Below are positions 51,279-64,000 of a DNA stretch of 64,000 nucleotides, piece after piece. The translations under genes and the position numbers were made by a program. Under the pieces are notes generated by a model. It had not been told where the DNA came from, made no database searches, and saw only the letters and a program-made list of their open reading frames with translations. The stretch is from Camelus ferus (Eukaryota): positions 115,818,001 to 115,882,000 of the forward strand of contig NC_045696.1 in NCBI RefSeq assembly GCF_009834535.1, given 5' to 3'. Every line of letters begins with the position of its first letter. Position 1 is the stretch's first letter.

Positions 51279-52856
51279 GATATCACGGAATTTCTGCTGG
51301 GCCTGAGTGGGCTGGAAAGATGGCAAGAAAACAAATTAGAGGTGGAGCAGTCTTAGCAGCAGCTCTCAGCCTTGCTCTGCCTCTCTCACACTCATGACTG
51401 CCATGTACGTAGGGAATCCTTCTTGTGATGAAAGGGCACATTGAGTTAGACCCTTTTCAAAGAGGCTACTAAGAGGATGGCACCCTGGCATGGGTCTTTC
51501 TCTCCCTGCTCAAGGATTATCAGTGCAAACAGAAGAGGGGTTTGTTTCCTCTCTGAAAAACAGGTGGCAAGAGATGCGAAAGACATAGATGGCACTGGAG
51601 TGTGACTGGACCTTCTGTACTTCCTACTTTTTGGCTCCTGGGCACTGGGTGTTGAAGGCAAATTGGACAACTGATACAAGGACACCCTACAGTCAGCCTC
51701 ACTCAGTGTGAAAAAGATGCAGGTGGCCTGGCACACAGGCCATAGACCCTCCATATTGGTAACGAATGACACCAGAGAGAAGCACTATTCTGAAGCTAAA
51801 ATACGCAGCATCATGCAGACAAGTCACAGTGTCAGCCCCAAGATTCAGAGCCACCTGACACACACAAACCAAAGAAGCTTTCCAGGATCATGTATTGTAC
51901 CAGATTTCATCAAGGAGGCAGGAAATGAACACTATAAATATGAAGTGAGATTGGCAAGCAACTGTGGAAGAAAAAATTAGCTAGCATTTATAGAGTTCTC
52001 AACCGAGGGTCTGCCGTGGAAGTAAGTCTCCATGTCCTAAGTCCATGTGGCTTTCAGAGCGGGTTTTTCCAATTGGTGGGGGCACTGTTATCACCTGGGT
52101 ACGTGCTAGAAATGAAAATTCTCAGCCCCTACCAAGACCTAAGGAATCAGAACTGTCATCATCATCTCCAGTTTGTAGATTAAAAAACGTTAAACTATGA
52201 TAGGTTAAGTCTTATGATTCCAGAGTTATATAAGTCATAGAGCTAGAATTAATATTCATTTGATGACATCCGATACTGGACCACTCTGTATGCATATTCT
52301 ACCTCAAGGTAACAATGGCAAAGGGGTGATTTTCCACCATGTTGGCCACTGGACAGTTTTTTCACTGCTGCCTGCCTTTCAGTCACAAGAGGGACAAAAG
52401 TGAGTACTCATGGTCCCCCAGGCTACCAGCCAAACGTCCTTTTTCTCTGGAAATCGGAGAATCCAGTGATGCCCCTTGCCAGAGCCCAGCCACTCTGCCC
52501 TCCCTGCTGCTACGCAGCAAATCAGAGAGAACTTCAAAGGCAGGATCCATCACTTATTTGCAGTGAATTTGGGGAACTATCTTAGTCTTTTGGAGTCTCC
52601 TTTTTTTCATTTGTATAATTGAGGGCATTAACATCTTCTGTGTTCAGAGGCTTGGAATGCAGATTACTAAGAGATCTGCAAACTCCTTGGCACACTTCTC
52701 GCTATTGAATTTTCTTTTGTGTCTCTTTTCCACCTCTGAGAAGACTAAGAGTTACTCCAAGGCCACATACTAGATGGAGGGCATTGCACTGTCAGAACAT
52801 TTGTTTCCAAAGCCAGCCGTGGAAATTTTACATGTTTTGTTCCATTATGTACAACG

Positions 52857-53012
52857 GAGTTTCTCAGCCTTGGCACCATTGACACTTTGGGGCCAGATAA
52901 TTGTTAAATGGGGTGTCCTGTGCATTGTAGGATGCTGGAAGCATCCTTTCCCCATGCCCTGGTTGTGACAATCCCAAAATGTCTTCAGATAATGCCAGAT
53001 GTCCCTTGAGTA
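52857..53012 (-). mobile_element. MER20 fragment
   Basis: tttctcagccttggcaccattgacactttggggccagataatt...gtcctgtgcattgtaggatg is reverse-homologous to 46566-46781. Confidence 0.85.
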
Positions 53013-54204
53013 CAAATCCAGTCCCTCCCTTCCCCCGGGACCAAATCAGAACTTGGTTTGAGGAGAACTGAAAGAGAAGGTTATTCCACCCAGTTGCACA
53101 AGCAATCAGGGAAACTAGTTATTAAACCCTCACAGGGGATTTTTGCTAAATAGATTTATAACGAGTCACATGTTGGCAGACCATTTGCTTTGACAAAGAA
53201 TATGTTTACACAGAAGAAGCCAGTTGGTGAACTGGGGTAAGTAATTTAACAATTTGGGTAGAACAGAAGCCAACTACTAAATAAATCCCGGCATTTTATG
53301 TTTGACTTTCTGTTTTGTTGATTTATCCATATTGTCATTAAATTCAACTAGATCTACTCAGTACAACAGAAGCCACTGAGAAGTTCTTAACAGTTACTAT
53401 GAAAATATTACCATTTTCTTAATTTATACCGTATTATAAACATAATTAATAACCCCATTCTTCTCAGCGTTCTGTGTTCAGCAATCAAGCCCTTAAAATA
53501 AAACACAAAATCATTCACATCTGCCCCTGTGACAGGCCAAGAAGCTCGCGTAAATCTAGAAACAGATGAATGTATTTTGTTCAACTACCCTAGCTGAGCC
53601 TTGGGGATTGTAAATTAAAGAGAAGATAGCCACTGGGAACTCTTAATTACCTGACTCAATCCCTCCCCTTCGGGGAACACCTTAGATGGGACTAGCAGTC
53701 TCCGGGGGCCTGATGGTAGATCATGAACTGGAGGGAGAAGATGATCTGTGGGTCTGAGTGATGAGTACCTAATGCAAATTTATCTTGGGTGATAAGCCTG
53801 GGATGAGTCCAGCATTTCTGGAGTGTCTGGGATGGTATATATGTGTCAGGCACCCACATGGCTAAAGAAGACAGAGTATGGATCTGTTCATTGGGGTTTA
53901 GGGTGGTAGGTGGATCTGAGCTGTCACTTCCTAGTTTGAAACATTGAGATAAGGCAAGCTGTGACTGGTTCACACTGACCCGTACATTTATTTGGTCCTT
54001 TCAGTATGACCTGAATGGTCAGTTTGCCCTGAGTGGATACCCAGTCCAGGATGGAGAATGTGACTAGGTCCTGGTGTGGCAGGAGCATTCGACCTCTCAG
54101 GGGTGACCAGTCTGGATTGGACAGTCTGCTTGGAGTCTCCAGTCTGGCTGAACCATCATGATGTCTAAGCTCTTTGTGTCCAAGTTAATTGGGAAATTGG
54201 GATG

Positions 54205-54544
54205 TGTTATGGATTGCATGTCTGTGTCTTCCTAAAATTCAGATGTTGAAGCCATAATGTGATGGCATTTGCAGGTGGGGCCTGGGGAAGTACTTAGGTC
54301 ATGAAGGAGGGAGCCCCCCCTAGGGGATCAGGGCTCTTGTAAGAAGGAGAGAGCCATCCCTCTCTCTCCCCTCTGACACTTGAGGATACAAAGGTTGTCT
54401 GTAAATCAGGAAAAGGAACCCCACCAAGAGCCCCACCATGCAGGAATCCTGATCTTGGACTTCCAGAACTATGAAAAATAAATGTTCGTTGTTGAAGCCC
54501 CCTAATCTGTGTGTTCCGTGTTAGCCTCCCAAACTGAGGTAAGA
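54205..54544 (+). mobile_element. MaLR solo LTR (MLT1A/MST type)
   Basis: tgttatggattgcatg...aatgtgatggcatttgcaggtggggcct...cctgatcttggacttccagaactatga. Confidence 0.85.
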
Positions 54545-54782
54545 TGTTTCTTCAAAGTTCTGCTGGGTGTGATTCCCACCCCGAGTTTTCAACACCGTGG
54601 CTGGGTGTGCTTCCCACAGACACTAGCTACCTGTTTGTGTATTGGTGGAGAAATCATACAAAAACTATCGAGTTGAACTATGGAGAAATAGAATAAAAGT
54701 CTCTCCCAGATGCAAATAGCACCATAGATTAATTGATCAGATATGTACTTCACCCGGTAGACCCAGTCAAGCTGTGTTCTAA

Positions 54783-54820
54783 TTTTTCTTTTTCTTTTTT
54801 TTTTTTTTTTTTTTTTTTTT
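54783..54820. repeat. Poly(T) tract
   Basis: T run with two interrupting C bases. Confidence 0.95.
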
Positions 54821-55556
54821 GGTATCTAAAATTACTTTTCAATTATGCCTGGTAGATCTGGGTACAAAGCTGGACCACCACTTCCAAGGAGACTCAAAAC
54901 ACTGTTTTACTATCACCTAAAAGAAAAGCGAGCTCGCCAAACAATCCATTTCCGAATCAGAAACAAAGAGCCAAAAAATACACAGCCTGTGTGCTTTTCA
55001 CCTGATGGGTTTACTTTTCCTCTGACCTGTTCAAATAGTTCCTTAGTGGCTCAAATGCTCAGACGCCAATCTGGCAGGCACTCAAGAAAAATAAACAGTC
55101 TTTTTTGAATTTTTATTTTGTTTTGTTCTTGTTTTTGTTTTAAGACCAGGAGAAAATATTCAAATGACACTGAACTGGCAGAGAAGAGCAGATGTCTGCA
55201 GTTTATTTCCCTTGATTGGATTTTAATCGAATTTGCATAGGACCTTATTTATTTTCACTATCTCATGAAGTAATCTGGACTCATGAATGCAACTGAGGGT
55301 CAGTGTTTGTGCTGGTTGATGGATGAGGGAGCCCCGAGGCTCGGATCATCCAAGTTAAAGTCTGACACTGAGCAGAGACGGAGAGCGCTATTCAAAACCG
55401 GGGAACAGCTGCAGATCAAGTTGCACAACTTTTTCTCTGGGATCTCTAGGAAATATTACTGCTAATCATTGTGAGTAGTTTACAGTCCTGGAACATTCTG
55501 CTAACACTCTATGCCCTACATGGAAAATCTAATGTATTTATCACTGTGCATGAAAT

Positions 55557-55907
55557 ACAATTCCACAACCAACCCCTTATCAGCAAGTCTGACATCCAGT
55601 GAGCTCTCAACCCAAAATAACGTTTTCCCACAAGAACCTGGCAAACCTCTTTGTAGCAAATCATGAGAACTGATTCAAAGCCATAAAAGGCTTATTTATT
55701 TATTCCACTTCATGTGAATATTCATGTGTTTGCTGCAGAAAGAGAACTGTGATGATTATAGGGTGCTGTATATCCCAGGGAGGGAGGTATATAATTAACT
55801 TTCTAAAATTGGAAAAAAAGAAAACACCTTTCTAAAATCTGAAAAAATGCTACATTTCAAAATCTGTCTTACTTCAGTGCTTCTGGGTAAGAGATGGTGG
55901 ACCTGTA
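55557..55907. mobile_element. Tigger-family MITE (MER46-like)
   Basis: Imperfect TIRs with TA flanks: ta|caattccacaac...ccttatc on the left and ggtaagagatggtggacctg|ta on the right, about 350 bp apart. Confidence 0.55.
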
Positions 55908-57535
55908 ATATTATTATCTGAACTTTAATGATAAGGAAGTTGACTCACAGAGGTTAAATCGTTTGTTCTACAGGAAGTGTTTATAAAAGGATCAGCTGTT
56001 TTGTCTTGGTGATAACAGGGCCAGGACGCAAAACTTATATGAGTGGTAAATGTATTTTAAGTCTCATTGGCTAAGGCACCGATTTCCCCCTCCCTCTGCC
56101 TTCCTGAGCCAACATCAGAGAGAAAATCCTTCCATCACAGTAGACCGATCAGATGATTTATGTCTAAATTATCTGTGAGAGAAGGGCACTATAATAATTT
56201 CACCAAGACAGGGAGTACAAGGCAGGTCTGTCTCCCTCTGTATGTAATGCTTTTCCCCAAACCTGGACTCCGGACAGAAAACAATAACTCATTTAACATT
56301 TAACTCCCATGCTGTTTCTCTGCCATCCGGACCACTTTTCCCAGAATGCTCTTACATCTTTCCACTGCCCGACCTCTGCTTGGAGTGGCCCTCCTGTCTC
56401 TGCCTGAAGACATCCTTCCCACCCTCCAAGACAGTTCCAGAGGGAAGTCTTCCTGGAGCCTCCTCCTGGCCCCTGTACCCCCACAGCTCCATGTTGGCTG
56501 CCTCCATGTCAGGGCCCTTTGTACAGTCTCGTGTGAAGAGATTGTGTGGGGGCATGTGCATTGATGAGGGGCCTGGCTGGGGGAAGCTGCTGTTGGTTGG
56601 TGGACATCCATCCATGCCTTTCGTGGTCTCATTGGTGAAGACCTTCCTTCCTTTGACAGCTCTGATAGCACCTGCTGGAATCAAAGTGTACCTAAATCTT
56701 TCCAGTAAGCTCCAAGGATGAGAGACAATGCCTGCTGATGGCTCCTGATTCTTCTGTCCAATCTTGGAATGAATGCTTTTGCTCTAAGAACATTTCTTCA
56801 CCAAACGAATCCCAGTGTCACTTACAAAGCAGCAACAAGCATCATCTGGCTCTTTGACGTTCGTTTTGCCCAAGTTATACTGTGTCCAGTAGGTCCCCCT
56901 TCTCAATGTGGCTCATTGGTTCACTCAAAAATAACCACCATTCTCTCCTCACCTTAGAATAACCCATCATAACTGAAGATCTATCATTTCTTATGAACCA
57001 GTCCACAGTCTACATCAGGGCTGCCTGGGATATTTGTTAAAATATCTCCATCCTACTACTTTTAGTTTGTTTTTAGGGTTGGGGGTAACAGTTCTACATT
57101 TTAAGTAAGTTCCCCAGGTGATTATAGGTCACATAGTTACTGCTCTAATTAAACTGGATTAAGTAAGATTTAAGTCTTCTCCCTTCAATTCAAGTACAAC
57201 TTCCTTCCTTCTTCCCCTCTTTCTTTCCTTCTTTCTTTTTTCTCTCATTAAGAAGAAATTCAAACAACAAACAAACAAAAAATGGCAACAGGCAGAAGTT
57301 TAAAAACATAAATATTTGCATTTTCTCATTTTGTCACTGGCCCACTGGCCCTCTTTCCTTCGCATCCCTGCAACACACACCCCACCCCTGACCATCAGAA
57401 ATGAAGGAAAGATGAGGAGAGATCATGAAAGCAGAACCTGGGGGAAGTTACTTTCAGTTATTTACTCATTTCTTCAGTAATCAATTTATCTGATAATTTT
57501 GATCTAATTACATAGACTATTTCTTCATTTATTAC

Positions 57536-57870
57536 CTATGCTGTCCAGTATGGTAGCCACTAGCCTCATGTGGCTGTTGAGTGCTTGAAATGTAACCAGT
57601 CTGAACAGAGATGTTCTGTAACTATAAAATATACCCCTGATTTCAAACACTTATTATAAGTAAAAGAATATAAATTACCTCATTAGTAATTTTATATTGA
57701 TTACATATTGAAATGATACTACGTTGGATATATTGAATGACATAAAATAAATTATTAAAATTAATTTTACTTGTTTCTTTTTATTCCATGTAACGTGGCT
57801 ACTAGAAAATTTTAAGTTAAATATGTGGTGGCATTTGTAGCTCACATTACGTTTCTATTGAACAGTGTGG
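57536..57870. mobile_element. MER33-like hAT-Charlie element
   Basis: gctgtccagtatggtagccactagcctcatgtggctgttgagtgcttgaaatgt ... gtggctactagaaaatttt...tttctattgaacag, about 335 bp. Confidence 0.85.
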
Positions 57871-58789
57871 TTGTAGATACTTGTAACAGCTTACTTGGCC
57901 AGCTAACCTAACCTGGGGTGTCCCAAGCTGAAGATGTTGCAGACCTGGGGTCAGACAGAGGATAGCTCTGGAAACACAAGGGCCCCCATAAGAACATAAC
58001 TTCTGCCACCTGGATGGAGCCCAGACCCTGTAACTTAAACAAGCTACCCTGAGGATTCTATAGGACTTAACTCTGTCATCACCTTCCATAATACCTCATT
58101 TTGAAAAATATTGCAGGAGTCTACCTACAAATGCATTTTTGTGGTTTTGAAAAATTCACTCTCTTCCCGCAAGCTAGTTCTAAAAGAGGAGGTAGGTTTT
58201 ATCATGCCCAGGTAGGGGTTGAGTGAGGGATTCATGATAAGCAAAGTGTGATACCATCAAACAATTTTTCTTCTTTGTTTTTGCTTATGTTTTGCAGAAG
58301 TCCACTTGATGTCCGGGTGGGGAGTGGGATGGCGGTGATGGCGGGGAGGGGAGGCAGAGCTCAGCCTCATTTCCTGCAGCAGAAAGAACAGCCACAGACC
58401 ATTCCCTTCTTTCAAGTCCCACTCCTCCTAAACTGTCATACTCTGCCTGCTTTTCTGACCACAGATAATTTGGCTTTTAGAGAAGCACTTCCTTTGTCTC
58501 TTATCAGTGTGCACATCATCTGTAAGAGTGATATTCAAGAAGCAGAATCCCCCAGTGGCCTATTACAATCTGAGGTCAGAGCACATTTTTTCCCCTGACT
58601 GAGACAGATGTTAGATATGAGGTTTTCTCAAGCAATGAATCTCACTCAGAAGATTTTAGAAAACTATCTATTGCATGCCTTCTTTACAGTGGTTACAGCG
58701 GTGACTCAAAGTGTCTGGATATTTTGGGGGACTTCAGATAAATGAAAAGAAAATTGGGCGTCAAAAACATACTCAAGTTGTGGGTACCA

Positions 58790-59190
58790 ATGTTCTTCAT
58801 GATAAATAGTGCCATGATGTCCATCAACAGTAGATGGATAAATGAATTACAAGGTATTCAGACAAGGAGTAATATATAGCAATGAGCACAAACAATCAGA
58901 CAAAATCATGAAGGAACCTCATAACATAACATTAAACCAAAGAAGCCAGACACAAAAGAGTATGTACTGTGTGATCCTACTTGTAGAAAGTGCCAAACCA
59001 GGCAAAATTCAGCTCTGATGTCAGAAGTAAGGATGATGGTGAGTCTTGAGTGGGGGTCATGGTGACAAGAAAGAGCATTATGGAGGGCTCCCTGGATGCT
59101 GGTTGTACATGTGTGTTGTCTGCTAATGGTCACTGAGCTCTACACTTAGGAGAGATACAATTTTTTACATGCATATTATGCTACAATAAG
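58790..59190 (+). mobile_element. L1ME-like 3' end
   Basis: atgtccatcaacagtagatggataaat and aaagaagccagacacaaaagagtatgtactgtgtgat. Confidence 0.8.
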
Positions 59191-59974
59191 TAAAGAAGAA
59201 GAAACAAGAGAAAGAGGAAGGAGAGGATAGGAGCAATAGGGTTTTTGTTCATTGGAAACCAGAGATTTTCATTGACCTATAGCCTGTACACTGATACAAG
59301 ATTCAGAAAATGTCCCAGTCCATACCAACTAAGAGAGGAGAGCTCACAGAAATATTGCATCCTTTAGAAAAACTTCCAATCTCTTCTCCTAAACTATATT
59401 TTTTAAAAGGGATATAGAAGGAAACTTCCATGAAAATCTAATTCCATTCACCTCCTTTGTCGTTCCAGGCTCTTTACCATAAATACTTCCACACCATGCT
59501 TTGAAGAAGCTGGTTGCATAGATAAGTGGGTTGCTATCAGGGAGTTCAGGAGATAACAGTGACAATCGAAGGTTCATTCACAGCCACTACAAAACCAACA
59601 GAGGAACCACAGGAACACCATGGAGCAACTATAGGCATTCAAAACATGAGAAAATTCAGGGGAGGAAAGACAGGCATTATCAAAAGCTTTCTGCCATCAC
59701 CTGATTTACTAGACTTCATCATGATTAATCATAGACCTCTATTATTGTTATTCCTTGGAATAGATTTTTTTTTGTAGAATGAATAGTACATTTATTCATT
59801 TATTCAACACATATTGATTGAATACCTAGTAAAGGTCAGGTGCAATGTTAGGTGCTGACAGTTTAAGAAGAATGAATTATGGTCTCTGTTTTTTTTTAGG
59901 GTATCACAGATTAACAAGAGAAAAGACTAGTTAATAATTATACTACAGCACAGTAGTAGAAAAAGCACAGATTA

Positions 59975-60714
59975 CTTTTTTAATTCTTATTTTTTATTGA
60001 AGGGTAGTCAATTTACAATGTTAGTTTCAGGTGTACAGCAAAGCTATTCAGTTTTATATATATATAAATAATTTTTTCAGATTCTTTTCCATTATGGCTC
60101 ACTACAAGAAATTGAAAGTAGTTCTCTGTGCTAGGTCCTTGTTGTCTATCTATTTTATATATAGTAGTATGTATCTATTAATCTCAAACTTCTAATCTAT
60201 CCCTCCCCCTCTTTTCCCTGATAGTAACCATTTGTTTCCTACATTCATGAGTCTATTTCCAGTTTGTAAGTAAAATTTGTATCTTTTCCTTTCTGCTTAG
60301 ATTCCACATATAAGTGACATTATATGATCATATATTTGTCTTTCTCCATCTGACTTATTTCACTTAATATGATAATCTCTAGGTCCATTCATGTTGCTGC
60401 AAATGACATTTCATTATTTTTTATGACTGAGTAATATTCCATTCTGTATATATACCACGTCTTCTTTATCCAGTCATCTGTTGATGGACATTTAGGTTGC
60501 TTCCATGTTGTGGCCATTGTAAATAGTGCTGCTATGAACCCTGGGTTGCATGTATCTTTTTGAATTAGAATTTTCTTCAGATATATGCCCAGGAGTGGGA
60601 TTACTGGATCATACGATAAGTCTATTTTTACTTTTTTAAGGAACCACCATACTGTTTTCCATAGTGGCTGCACCAATTTACATTCCCAACAACAGTGCAG
60701 AAGGTTCCTGAAAC
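59975..60714 (-). mobile_element. Lineage-specific L1 3' end (ORF2 C-terminus plus UTR) inserted in an L2, with TSD
   Basis: The ORF part [19 protein letters not shown]...[25 protein letters not shown] is L1 ORF2. TSD agcacagatta at 59964-59974 and 60715-60725. A reverse L2 tail lies at about 59790-59860. Confidence 0.93.
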
Positions 60715-60784
60715 AGCACAGATTATTAAGATAGGAGGAATACAGAACACCTCCTCTACTAGGTTGTATATGTAATAAGTGATG

Positions 60785-61200
60785 GGAGGTTATTTGCTTT
60801 TGTGACAAAACTCACTCAAGCTAGCCTGAACAAAACAGAGATTTCATTGGATGGCTAGAAGCACATTTTATGAAACCCGGAGCAAAAGTGCAGCAACTCC
60901 AAAGGCACTGGATTGTGTTCTGAAAGGTCACTGAGAATCAAAGAAGCATACCTCTCCGTCTTGTGGGCTCTTCTCTCTTGGTTGTTCGTCTCCTTACCCC
61001 GAGTTTCAGCCTTCTGTTTCTCCAGGTTGGTTTGCTCTCTTTCTCTGTTGGTCACTTTTCCTGATGGGTTTGCAGTTGAGAAAGCATGACCATCCCTGCC
61101 CTGATTTGACACTGATTTGTAAATGTGGGATCCCAACAGAGATTATGTCCCAACTTCAAGTTTCCAGGAAATTTGTATCCTAAGCATGGCAGGGTAGATG
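60785..61200 (-). mobile_element. Old MaLR LTR (MLT1J/K/L-like), degenerate
   Basis: gtgacaaaactcactcaagctagcctgaacaaaacagagatttcattgg. Confidence 0.5.
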
Positions 61201-63223
61201 CTCATTCAGAGCAAAGGCATCCGAGCAGTATCTCTACAGAGAGCCTCACAGAGAAGGTGATATTTAGTTGAGTTTTGAAAGCCGGGCAGAGTTTGCCAGC
61301 AAGCAAGGAGGGTCTCAGCATTCCAGATAAATAATGTGAAACATGCAAATGCAGAAAGGCATGACTTGTTCTAGAAGTGGTTTTAGAAAAGTCACTCTTG
61401 AAGCCTTCTTGATTCATACAGGTCAGGAGTTTTCCTGAAGAGCAGAAAAATCATTTTGGCAAAGCAAATGCACAGGAAATCAATGCTATGAAACCTCCTC
61501 ACATAACCTGTGTCTCCCAAAGCTGTTTGAAAATGACTAGCTGTTAAGAAGTGTTATCTGGAATAGGTTAAGAGACATGTTGTTTATAAAGACGCAAAAG
61601 CCTTTGAAGATCCTAAACAGAAATTCAATTTAAATAATAGTCAACGGTGATAATAAAAACAAACATAAAAAAATCCCTCATCCTGAAAATAGGTTAATAT
61701 CATTCAAATAGCATACATGGATTCAAAAGTCAGACTGGAGATATCAAGCCCCTAAGGATTTGGTGAACTTTCATCGTGGTATTTGTAACCTCTCAGCTTT
61801 CTACTTAGTAAATATGAGGGATGGTGGTGATTTCCAAGCATCTCTAGAGGCAATGAGGATCTAAGTAGACCAGATATAGCCTTGGCACTCAAACACAAAC
61901 GGCAAATAATTTCCTTTCCCTGCACATGTGTCTATGTTAACATTTACATCCTGTTCCTGTTTCTAACATTTTCAAAGTTGTATCCTGAGTGCAGCATAAT
62001 TTCTTCACCTTTATTAAGGTAGTTTATTTTGTCTTTTTCATGGACTTATAAAAATGTTGTAGCCAATTCAGAACATTAGTGTTCTAACTTTTAACCAATA
62101 AAGGATGCACACTTGGCCCCTTTTGATTATGTTTTATTTCACTCAAGGTGGTTATCTTTGATTTTTCTTCTTATTGAAAACTGGATATTTTGCCTCTTAG
62201 AAGATTTCAATAGTTCATCTGCTTTCAACTTCTTGCCTCGTTGAAAACTGACAGAAAACAACTAACAGATTCAAGTTATGTAGGCATGGATTGTTCGTAT
62301 GCCTGTTGCTGTTGGAAGACTGTTCTTGTGATCATGACAGCTGGGCTTTGCTGGTCCTGGCTCCGGTGTTTCTCCCTGGGGTCTGGCTTCCTGTATAAAT
62401 GCCTCTGTGGGAGGATGATGTGCCCACTTCCAAAGTAACTACGAGAGACTGCTGACCCCCTTATGTGGTCCAACAAGGAAAGGCATAGGCACTGTTCAAG
62501 GAACCCTTGCTCTTGGCTTCAGATCTTCCCTTGTCTCCAGAACAACAGCACGTCCTTGGTCACCTAGGATTGGGTGTCTCATCTGAAAACTGCAGAGGTT
62601 TTTGGCATCATGAGCTTGAAAACATGTCTGAGATGATTTGGGGTTCTACCTAGTTGCTTTGAGCTTTTGAGAAAGGTTTTATCTGAACAAAGCCTTTCTC
62701 TTAAAATATTGGAAACCTTTTGACCTGACTGACATCTCAGTTTCCTTCTGTTTTCCTGTATCTATCGTCACAGGAAAGAGTGCAGGGGCAGTGGGCTTCT
62801 CTTTTCTCTAAAAGTAGACTTTGTGATCCCATTGCTTAGCCCAGAGAAAGAATAAAACCCATTGTGACCTGGTCTGAATATTAGCAAATTCAAGATTGAG
62901 AGTCTCCCTGGGGTCCTCAGCTGAAGGCTTCAACCAAGAACATTCTAGAACTGAGATAAAAATAGATAAGGACGGCGCAAACAGCCTCCCAGTGCAGGAA
63001 CAAAAGAGCCCTATGCACTACCACACCTGTCAACTGCTTCCTGTTTTCATCAGATTTTTCTGTATTCAGGCACTAATTACCTGAAGGGTTACTGTTCACT
63101 TGCCTGAAGTTCCCTCTATATAGTTGAAATTATTACTGAGAAAAGCCATGATCAGACCACACATATTGCTACTGATCTCTTGTCCAAAGAAAAAGCTTAT
63201 GCCTTGCCCAGTGGACCTTACAC

Positions 63224-63404
63224 CAGTGGTTCGCAAAGTGTGGGACCAGGGCCAAGAGCATCAGTATCCCCTGGGAACTTGCTTGAAATGCAGGTCCTGA
63301 GGCCTCATCCCAGACTCTCCAAATCAGCATCTCTGAGGGTGGGCCCAGCCATCCGGGCCACCTTCCAGGTGATTCTGCTACACACTCAAGCTTGAGACTC
63401 ACTG
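63224..63404 (+). mobile_element. MER5A, near full length
   Basis: TIRs cagtggttcgcaaa ... ttgagactcactg, with internal gcatcagtatcccctgggaacttg...aaatgcagg. The right flank ctctaaac fits the hAT-Charlie target preference. Confidence 0.9.
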
Positions 63405-63907
63405 CTCTAAACTCACTCTTCCTCTGGGACTGGTGGGAAGTCCTGTGACTGAAGGGATATTACAGACACTAGAAGTAGTGACTTGCAAGATGGAAAATGT
63501 CCAGGTAAATTGCTGATTCAAGATATTTACCTTTTCCCTCCCCTCACTTCCTGCTGTTTCCCTCATGCAGAAAAATTAAAATATAAAAAGTTTTCCTTGA
63601 GGAGACTTTTATCTCCAAGAAAAAGGAGGAAGTCAGGACAGAATTTCAATAAAAAGGATTTCAGAAATAAGTGTGAGATTTGTGAGGGCTTTCAACTCTG
63701 ATCATTGATGCCAGTATACTGTCATGCCACTGTGACGTCATTAACCGAGGAGCTGTGACCCTGGGTATACACTGGCATTAGTGTCAGTGGCTCATTACTC
63801 CAGGTACATTGAAACTATCTTGTTGCTACAGGTCCTAGCTCATCTTCAGCCATTCCTCTTGGCTGTTCTCCCCACACCACCCCCAAACTTAATATTCTAA
63901 AATAAAG

Positions 63908-64000
63908 ACAATGGGATACTACTCAGCCATAAAAACGAATAAAATAATGCCATCCGCAGCAGCATGGATGGACCTGGAGATCATCATTCTAAGTGAACTA
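63908..64000 (+). mobile_element. Lineage-specific L1 3' fragment running off the window end
   Basis: tactactcagccataaaaa...atggatggacctggagatcatcattctaagtgaa is collinear with 5366-5456. Confidence 0.9.

Noticed and set aside
53758..53920. C/D-box snoRNA (gtgatga ... ctga)
   Set aside because: No terminal stem or recognisable guide sequence, and the motifs are short enough to occur by chance.
56293..56721. Several overlapping ORFs in a GC-richer stretch
   Set aside because: Stop codons are scarce at higher GC, the stretch partly resembles L2, and no domain is recognisable.
53770..57322. Cluster of octamer motifs (ATGCAAAT/ATTTGCAT)
   Set aside because: The motif also occurs at many other places in this AT-rich window, including inside repeats.
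1..64000. CRISPR array, prokaryotic operon or non-retroviral viral insert
   Set aside because: There are no regularly spaced repeats, gene-dense segments or foreign-composition blocks, and everything is consistent with mammalian non-coding DNA.

Overview
AT-rich, CpG-poor mammalian genomic DNA, most likely from a camelid (camel, llama or alpaca). The lineage call is from recollection: a short tRNA-derived SINE of Vic-1 type at 31394-31482 and about ten copies of a lineage-specific L1 3' end. It was not verified by a database search. I find no credible protein-coding exon, functional RNA gene or CRISPR-type system. The ORFs with recognisable homology are L1 ORF2 remnants (27230..28024, 27894..28130, 5152..5406, part of 60389..60808) or their antisense shadows; the rest look like chance ORFs. 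The window reads as a gene desert or a large intron layered with interspersed repeats of several ages: MIR, L2, L1M, MaLR and ERVL solo LTRs, hAT and Tigger MERs, young L1 and a SINE. The most notable observations are a 30.3-32.3 kb patch where ancient repeats are anomalously CpG-rich, a probable L1 3' transduction at 49.5-50.3 kb, an L1 that lost its 3' UTR through a microhomology junction at 28.15 kb, a TSD-flanked tail-only insertion at 28.46 kb, and an internally deleted Tigger/pogo transposase fossil at about 44.2 kb. None amounts to a demonstrated new biological system. Repeat subfamily names are by-eye calls and most boundaries are approximate.
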